Positions 57,677 to 64,000 of a stretch of 64,000 nt of DNA are shown here, in pieces. The notes below the pieces were generated by a model. It had not been told where the DNA came from, searched no databases, and saw only the letters and a program-made list of their open reading frames with translations. The position numbers were made by a program, and so were the translations under genes. The stretch covers positions 4,310 to 68,309 of the forward strand of contig CAUUQV010000001.1 of NCBI GenBank assembly GCA_963547505.1, read 5' to 3'. The DNA is from an uncultured Candidatus Saccharibacteria bacterium (GTDB lineage Bacteria; Patescibacteriota; Saccharimonadia; Saccharimonadales; Saccharimonadaceae). Numbering within the stretch: the stretch's first letter is position 1; each line of letters starts with the position of its first letter.

Positions 57677-59302
57677 CTAGTAGTCCATCCCCATACCGGG
57701 GTTACCAGCTGCTTCGGCGGCTGGCTTCTCGGGGATATCTACTACTAGCGCCCCCATAGTCATGGCGGTACTGGCGATCGAAACAGCGTTCTGGATCGCT
57801 TGGTAGGTAACCATCGCCGGGTCAACCACTCCGGCCTTCTTTAGGTCGATCAGCTTACCTTGGTAGTTCGCTACATCGACACCATAGCCGGGCTTAGCCT
57901 CTTGCACCTGAGCTAAGAGTGCCTCGGCGTTTAGGCCGGCGTTAGTAGCTAGCTGTTTAAAGGGCATTAGTAGAGCATTACGCATAATCTCCGCTCCGGC
58001 ACTATCACCGGTAATCTTACTGGCTAAGTTGATCGGGGTTACTCCACCGCCCGGTACTATTCCCTCCAGCAGGGCTGCCTTGACGGCTGCTACGGCATCA
58101 TCTACCCGATATTTCTTCTCGTCGATCTCAGTCTCGGTCGCCCCACCGACCTTAATCACGGCGACTTTACCGCTGAGGGCAGCGGCTCGCTTGTCCAGCT
58201 GCTCTCGATCGTAATCTGAGGTAGCAACGCCGGCTTGAGCCTTGATCTGGTCGATGCGTTGGCTAATGGTAGTCTTATCACCGGCTCCTTCGATGATCGT
58301 AGTATTATCCTTAGCGACAATCACCTTGCGGGCTGAGCCGACTACCTCTAGTCCGACATTATCAAAGGTCATACCTTGATCGGAAGTAATGACGCTAGCT
58401 CCGGTTAATGTGGCGATATCTTGCAAGACTTCCTTGCGCCGATCACCAAAGGATGGTGCCTTAACGGCGACAGTATTGAGAGCCCCCTTGAGGCGGTTAA
58501 GGATAAGGATACCCAGTGCTTCACCCTCGACATCTTCGGCGATTAGTACGATATCTTTCTTACCGGAGGCAACTAGTTTTTCCATCAGAGGAAGCATTTC
58601 TTGAGCTGAGCTAATCTTCTTGTCAGTGATGATGATGGCTGGTCTGTCATAGACGGCTTCCATCCTATTGGTATCAGTCGCCATATAGGCAGAGACATAG
58701 CCTCGGTCAAAGGTGAAACCTTCGGTAATTTCCGACTCCATAGCTAGACCTTGACCGGCTTCGACGCTAACTACCCCATCTTTACCGATACGAGAGATAA
58801 CACCGGCGATCAGCTTGCCAATTTCAGTGTCACCAGCGCTAATACTGGCCACCTCAGTGATGAGGTCGTTCTTACCATCGACCGGCTCGGCGATCTTATT
58901 AAGCTCACTTAGTACCTGAGCACCGGCCTTTTCGACACCCTTGCGCAGCTCCATCGGATTATGTCCGGCAGCGATCAGCCGATTAGCTTCTTTTAAGATC
59001 TCATAGGTCAGGACAGTCACGGTGGTAGTGCCATCACCGGCCGCCTTGTTCATCTTCTTGGCTGCCTGTTTGATCAGCTCGGCGCCGACCTTCTCTCCCA
59101 GATTATCCTCATTTTCCGGCAGGTCGATCGCCTCGGCGACGGTGACACCGTCGTGAGTGACATTCGGTCCGCCGTAGGACTTGCTGATGACTACATTGCG
59201 CCCCTTCGGCCCCATAGTGGTCTTGACTGCATCGGCGAGGGTCTTAGCGCCGGCGAGAACCTTCTCTCTCGCTTCATCACCATAGAATACTTGCTTTGCC
59301 AT
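57677..59302 (-). CDS. groL: Chaperonin GroEL
   Basis: TMGPKGRNV, GDGTTT, GIVPGGG. Confidence 0.99.
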   Translation of the reverse strand: MAKQVFYGDEAREKVLAGAKTLADAVKTTMGPKGRNVVISKSYGGPNVTHDGVTVAEAIDLPENEDNLGEKVGAELIKQAAKKMNKAAGDGTTTVTVLTYEILKEANRLIAAGHNPMELRKGVEKAGAQVLSELNKIAEPVDGKNDLITEVASISAGDTEIGKLIAGVISRIGKDGVVSVEAGQGLAMESEITEGFTFDRGYVSAYMATDTNRMEAVYDRPAIIITDKKISSAQEMLPLMEKLVASGKKDIVLIAEDVEGEALGILILNRLKGALNTVAVKAPSFGDRRKEVLQDIATLTGASVITSDQGMTFDNVGLEVVGSARKVIVAKDNTTIIEGAGDKTTISQRIDQIKAQAGVATSDYDREQLDKRAAALSGKVAVIKVGGATETEIDEKKYRVDDAVAAVKAALLEGIVPGGGVTPINLASKITGDSAGAEIMRNALLMPFKQLATNAGLNAEALLAQVQEAKPGYGVDVANYQGKLIDLKKAGVVDPAMVTYQAIQNAVSIASTAMTMGALVVDIPEKPAAEAAGNPGMGMDY

Positions 59303-59578
59303 TTATTTCTCCTTTACTATTGCCAGGACATCTTCTTCTTTGACGATCAGATACTCGACTCCATCTACCTTGATATCACTAGTCGAGTATTCTCGTACTA
59401 CGATTCGCTCCCCTGCCTTAATCTCCTTGACGCCCTGACCGACTGCTACTACCTTAGCGATCTGCGATTTTTCTTTAGTGTCAGCCGGTAGGTATAGCCC
59501 GGTAGCTGTCTTAGTGGCGGCTTCTTCCCGCATAGCGACTAAGCGATCAGCTAATGGACGAAGTGGAACATTACTCAT
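59303..59578 (-). CDS. groS: Co-chaperonin GroES
   Basis: PLADRL, TATGLYLP, VAVGQG, EEDVLA. Confidence 0.96.
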   Translation of the reverse strand: MSNVPLRPLADRLVAMREEAATKTATGLYLPADTKEKSQIAKVVAVGQGVKEIKAGERIVVREYSTSDIKVDGVEYLIVKEEDVLAIVKEK

Positions 59579-59627
59579 TTACTCCTCCTTATCATATTGA
59601 CCGATACAGTTAATATAGCGCAGATAG

Positions 59628-59654
59628 TTAGCACTTGCAAGCCTAGAGTGCCAG
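59628..59654. promoter_or_regulatory. CIRCE-like element overlapping the groES -35
   Basis: TTAGCACTT-N9-GAGTGCCAG versus consensus TTAGCACTC-N9-GAGTGCTAA. Confidence 0.75.
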
Positions 59655-59682
59655 AAAGAGCTTATGATTATTCGGTGACTAG

Positions 59683-60339
59683 CTAGTAGCCTCGCTGCTC
59701 GCTCTTGATCCGGTCGTTACAGCTGAAGTCACCATAGATTAGCTGTGACTTATCGAGGCAGAGGATCAGCGTGGTGTAGTCGTATAGTCCTGAAGTCTCG
59801 GCGGGTAAGGGTGAGTAGCTGTCTTTTACCTGGTAAGACTGCTTGACCTTAGGTAAATCGATGATGAAGTCCGTCTGATAGATCAGCTTATCGGCGTCAG
59901 TCATGGTCTGACGATAGCTATTCTTGCGGATGACGATATCGCCATGATCGCCTGACACCTTATTAAGCCTGAGGGTGTAACCGATCTGGCGCTGAATGTT
60001 TAATATCTCTTCTCTGGGTAGATTCTGGGCGACTTGGTCAAGCCTCTTAACCGGGTAGTCCTCAGGGGCGATCTCATTGCTATTACTGCTACGGCTGCCC
60101 GAAGTACTAGACGAGCTGGAGCTGGAACGGGAGCCGGAGCGAGACGAGCTAGAGGAGCTACCACTAGTGCCACCACTAGCCCCGGTAGTACTAGTACCAC
60201 GAATAGTGTTGGCGCTACCACCTCTGATATTAGCTTGGTCTCGTTTATTACCACCCAGCACCGTGGCTATGATGATGATAACCATGATCACTACCATCGC
60301 CGCTGCGGCTATCAGGTATAGTTTACGCTTGTCAGGCAT
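59683..60339 (-). CDS. Membrane-anchored protein with Ser/Gly-rich linker
   Basis: N-terminal TM, poly-Ser tract, C-terminal Cys pair. Confidence 0.7.
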   Translation of the reverse strand: MPDKRKLYLIAAAAMVVIMVIIIIATVLGGNKRDQANIRGGSANTIRGTSTTGASGGTSGSSSSSSRSGSRSSSSSSSTSGSRSSNSNEIAPEDYPVKRLDQVAQNLPREEILNIQRQIGYTLRLNKVSGDHGDIVIRKNSYRQTMTDADKLIYQTDFIIDLPKVKQSYQVKDSYSPLPAETSGLYDYTTLILCLDKSQLIYGDFSCNDRIKSEQRGY

Positions 60340-60341
60340 GT

Positions 60342-63167
60342 CTAGGGTACCCTACTATCCCAGCTAGCTATCACCACCGGTGCTGCGGGAGCACCGGTTC
60401 CGGCAGGCGCACTGGCACGAGCGATGGCTCTGAGGCGGCTCTGGTCTATCGCATCCAGTCTACCGAAGTCAGTATGCGCCATCATCGTTCTTGCATCAGA
60501 AATAGCTTGTGCGGATGTAGTGCCGCCTGTATTGTAGTCATGATATATGTTAGGTATCTTGTGAGTGTTGGCGAGTCTCTCTCCGGCCGTACTACGTACC
60601 ATAGTGTTATCTTTCAGGGCAGTGACAGTCGGGGCATTCATCTTTCTAGTCAGTTTAGGATCACTGAGGGCGATGTTGGATTGTTTCGCCATACTGCTTA
60701 GTCCGGCATCTGCCTGAGCGATATTACCGCCATTAGCCCCCGCATTCTGAAGCGTTGTACGCATCTGGATTAGGTCGGCGGCATCCATACCGGCAGCATC
60801 TTTGGCTGTCAACTGGGTAGAGGAATAGTCCGCTACGGCATCAGCGTAATTCGCTTCAAATTGGCTGGTATTCCAGCCGCCACTGGTAGCGAAGTTCCTT
60901 AGCGACTTACCACTCATGATGGAGTTGCCGTTGGCACTGGCAGTATTAGCGAAGGTCTGAACCAGTCTATCGGCATCGGCTGCTTGACCATTCCTCCTTA
61001 GCTTATCTGCCTCTGTATTGACAGCTTGCATTGACTGCTTAATCTCGGCTGCACTGGCGTTAGGTAGCTCTTTTTCGATAACCGCCCTCATCTGATATGG
61101 ATCAAGCGTCTTGCCACCTATCTGGCCGGTGGTAAAGGCAGTCTTTAGATCTCTATCACCGTATTTATTCACCTTATTTCTGGCGGAGTTCATCGCTTGG
61201 CTATCAAGCTGAGTGGCAATGTTGCCGGTACTAGCTCCTACTCCTCTCATATTCTGAACAGCACCGGCTGCTCTACCGGCTATATTGCCGGCTGCCCCAC
61301 CGATTGCTCCTGCTGCCATACCTTTGAGGCCGGGATTCTTCGGATCACCGGGCTTTCCTGTTAGTTTCGACCCTGCCCAACCGGCGAACTTGTTAGCTGC
61401 TCCATTAGTGGCCGCCATGAGAGTAGCTTTACCCATGATGTCGCCGGACATTTTGAAGAGAGGCATGATGGATAGTGCGGGAGTAATGAGGCAAACTGCC
61501 TCGACTAGCAGGACAAATAGAGCATTTATTCCGTTTTGGTCACCTGCGGCTACGAGGCCGGATACTACTCTAGTGCCACCCCAGACTAGCATGAAAAGAG
61601 GATAGACTAGCAACAGTTTAATGTAGTTATCCCGCCACATAGTAAAGCCTTTGCTCAGTCCCTGGCTATTAAATAAGTATAAAGCGATGGCAATTGGTGA
61701 GATGATTACTAGTATCATCAGGGCGATACCACGTACAACTAGAGCGAAGACGATAGCTAGCAGCGCTATGATAATTGGTGCTCCAATTAGGATGACTAGG
61801 ACGGCCGCAATTGCTACTAAAGCTACTCCAGCTATTACGATCTCGCCAGCAGTCTTCTTTGCACTGTTAATTAGCTGAGGAGGAGCACCAGCGCTACCAC
61901 CCATTAATAATCCAAATGCGCCTTTACCTAATATAGTGGATAGATCTACCAGTGCCATACAGATATAGAATGATAGGTTGATGGCTATAGCGAAGATGAT
62001 GATCCTAGGTAGCAGTTTCTTAACGTCGTAGTTTGATAGCCCCCCCGTCGAGGTAGCTGTCGAGTAGATTACTACCAAGAAGGCGATAATCAGTATGATG
62101 TTGGCGATACTAAGGAAGTTACCCCAGTGTGTGCGAACTGGGTCAGACTTAGTTATCTCTGTCTGTCCTTCAAGTATCTTGGATATAATACCGTATAAGA
62201 TATCTGTTATAGTAGCAAACAAATTCTGCCCTGAGCAGATTATTGATCCAAAGCCGTTTAACTCAGAAGCACATTCATCACTATCGTGTTTTTCCAACCT
62301 TTCTTCTTCTTCTCTCTTTTGCTTTTCTCTCTCCTCGGGGTGTTTTTCTAGATATTCGTTTATGGCCTTGGCGTAAGCATCGGCAAATTTGCTTGCCATA
62401 CTTGCTGCTTGCTTACAAGTCATTTGACTACTAGTACCATAAGTTACCCATATTTTGTGATCAGGCCCATCAGCATAGTCATAGTAGCCACGCTTAACTA
62501 CCCAGTTACCGTCATCCCCTGGAACAGCTCGTCGCTCCTCACCACCTTCTGACTCGGTGAATGGTTTTTGTCCGTTTTTTGCACAGAATAATTCTACTGC
62601 TTGTTGGTAAGTAGCGTATTTTACTGCATCACTTGGCTCGTCTTTCGGCATTGACAAATATGCATTGGCATATAATTCCGGATTTATGTCTAAACTGGAT
62701 AGATTACAGGTATCTACGTGGGCTTTAGCGTTGTCACCTTTGATTGCACCCGAAGCAATATGCTTTTCTAAGTCCTTTTTAAGGTAATTACAAAAATAAT
62801 TATTCTGGCCTGTTAAATGCTGAGCTATATTCTCTATTTGTTCTTTACAATTAAGACGCCCCTTTGAAGAATTTTTTTCAAAAAAACCGTTATCTTCTGC
62901 TCCGGGTTGATTGATAACAAATTTGCCATCACCGCCATCATTAAGATGCGAAGCTATCTGTATGGCACAAGCCGCAGCTGCCGTCGAGTTCATATATTTT
63001 TCATATTCTTTGTTAAGCCAGTCGTACTTACTCGCCGATGCTGTTTTACTGAGACCGATAGATGCGATAGTGATAAGTATGACAGTAATTAAGGTCATCG
63101 GCGAAAATACGGCATATAGTACCCGTCTTTTTATATGTTTTTCCTTTCGCCACCGCATTATCTTCAT
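60342..63167 (-). CDS. Large VirB6/TrbL-like membrane protein
   Basis: Signal/TM, Cys-containing N-terminal domain, central multi-TM core (WGNFLSIANIILII..SNYDVKKLLPRIIIFAIAINLSFYIC), Ala/Gly-rich tail. Confidence 0.65.
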   Translation of the reverse strand: MKIMRWRKEKHIKRRVLYAVFSPMTLITVILITIASIGLSKTASASKYDWLNKEYEKYMNSTAAAACAIQIASHLNDGGDGKFVINQPGAEDNGFFEKNSSKGRLNCKEQIENIAQHLTGQNNYFCNYLKKDLEKHIASGAIKGDNAKAHVDTCNLSSLDINPELYANAYLSMPKDEPSDAVKYATYQQAVELFCAKNGQKPFTESEGGEERRAVPGDDGNWVVKRGYYDYADGPDHKIWVTYGTSSQMTCKQAASMASKFADAYAKAINEYLEKHPEEREKQKREEEERLEKHDSDECASELNGFGSIICSGQNLFATITDILYGIISKILEGQTEITKSDPVRTHWGNFLSIANIILIIAFLVVIYSTATSTGGLSNYDVKKLLPRIIIFAIAINLSFYICMALVDLSTILGKGAFGLLMGGSAGAPPQLINSAKKTAGEIVIAGVALVAIAAVLVILIGAPIIIALLAIVFALVVRGIALMILVIISPIAIALYLFNSQGLSKGFTMWRDNYIKLLLVYPLFMLVWGGTRVVSGLVAAGDQNGINALFVLLVEAVCLITPALSIMPLFKMSGDIMGKATLMAATNGAANKFAGWAGSKLTGKPGDPKNPGLKGMAAGAIGGAAGNIAGRAAGAVQNMRGVGASTGNIATQLDSQAMNSARNKVNKYGDRDLKTAFTTGQIGGKTLDPYQMRAVIEKELPNASAAEIKQSMQAVNTEADKLRRNGQAADADRLVQTFANTASANGNSIMSGKSLRNFATSGGWNTSQFEANYADAVADYSSTQLTAKDAAGMDAADLIQMRTTLQNAGANGGNIAQADAGLSSMAKQSNIALSDPKLTRKMNAPTVTALKDNTMVRSTAGERLANTHKIPNIYHDYNTGGTTSAQAISDARTMMAHTDFGRLDAIDQSRLRAIARASAPAGTGAPAAPVVIASWDSRVP

Positions 63168-63251
63168 GCTAATAATCTATATAAAAATACAGGCAAAGTC
63201 AAACGTAGGGCGACAGTAACGAATCAAATGAAGATTCCGGAGTAGGCTAGA

Positions 63252-63998
63252 CTAGGGCTTTCTTCTATCATTCATAACCCCCTCTAGAGCACCACGATTA
63301 TTGGGGTGATTATCGACCTTAAATATTGAGTCGTAGTTATCTTTGATGATCTGTATTAATTCCTTCTCTGTCGGCATTTGATCGCATACTATCCTGCCAC
63401 TGTTGAAATTATGAGCAATGAGACCACCATTACGAGGTCTTTTGTGGTCGGGGCTAACATAGAGATTGGTGATATCGATTGTGAATTTTCCGCCATAACC
63501 ATACTGGTTATATGGATTTTTACTTCCATCTGCATTGGAATTAGCAACGTATATTCTTAATACACCGTCGGTTATAGCAGGATTAACGGAGGCTAGTTCT
63601 TCGAAATGGTAATCGCAGATATTGCGCATATAAACACCTTTTTGGTCAATAATATAATCGTGTTTTTCTAATTTAGTTATATCACCGTTATTATAGCCAC
63701 CATATTTTTTAAGCAAGTCAACGAAGGCGTTTGCTCCATGATAGTCTTCCTCTTTTGCGAATACCTCATCGATAGAATTGCATCTCGTAGTACTGTCGCC
63801 TTGCTTTGAGATACATTCGATGAAATCATCCATAGATGCTTCTTTGCGGTCGTTGACGGTATCGCTGTCGGAATATTCGACTTGTGATGTTCGATCGCCT
63901 ACAAAGGTGTAATTACCATATCCTCTAGTAAAATCATACTCGTATATTTTGTAGCTGATCTTGCCGTCATGCTCGCTATCGGCAGTCTCGACGTTCAT
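63252..63998 (-). CDS. Hypothetical protein, probably 5'-truncated by the window end
   Basis: Open frame reaching the window edge; AT-rich. Confidence 0.55.
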   Translation of the reverse strand: MNVETADSEHDGKISYKIYEYDFTRGYGNYTFVGDRTSQVEYSDSDTVNDRKEASMDDFIECISKQGDSTTRCNSIDEVFAKEEDYHGANAFVDLLKKYGGYNNGDITKLEKHDYIIDQKGVYMRNICDYHFEELASVNPAITDGVLRIYVANSNADGSKNPYNQYGYGGKFTIDITNLYVSPDHKRPRNGGLIAHNFNSGRIVCDQMPTEKELIQIIKDNYDSIFKVDNHPNNRGALEGVMNDRRKP

Positions 63999-64000
63999 AT

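Noticed and set aside
60077..60200. Short repeats such as GAGCTGGAGCTGGAACGGGAGCCGGAGC
   Set aside because: They simply encode the Ser/Gly-rich linker of 59683-60339

Overview
This window is chromosomal DNA around the replication origin of a reduced-genome bacterium. It is most consistent with Candidatus Saccharibacteria (Patescibacteria/CPR). That assignment is inferred from the compact gene layout, many leaderless extended -10 promoters, a chromosomal PrgI/VirB4/VirB6-like set and a bifunctional PGI/PMI. Core genes are lepA, murJ, ftsH, tilS, tRNA-fMet and tRNA-Met, rny, tsaB, recA-recX, trmB, jag-yidC-rnpA-rpmH, oriC-dnaA-dnaN-recF and groES-groEL with a CIRCE-like site. A ~21 kb surface-glycan locus spans 21.6-43 kb (LCP, priming transferase, GT2/GT4s, glf, Wzm/Wzt, acyltransferase, GtrA/B and an LGFP-repeat protein). 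Three signals were read directly from non-coding DNA. (1) A complete His-leader transcription attenuator (MTRLFLQHHHHSRN, with 1:2, 2:3 and 3:4 pairings and a U-tract) controls an MccF/S66 peptidase rather than a his operon. (2) A NYN RNase gene has its 3' end overlapped by a convergent, promoter-driven ~60-nt hairpin RNA, a candidate RNA-antitoxin module. (3) Three AAA_14-DUF4143 ATPase-nuclease paralogues each have their own palindromic operator; one gene is bracketed by two copies of its palindrome, and another palindrome recurs 8 kb away ahead of a deleted ABC-transporter remnant. All family calls come from motif recognition by eye; no database searches were run.
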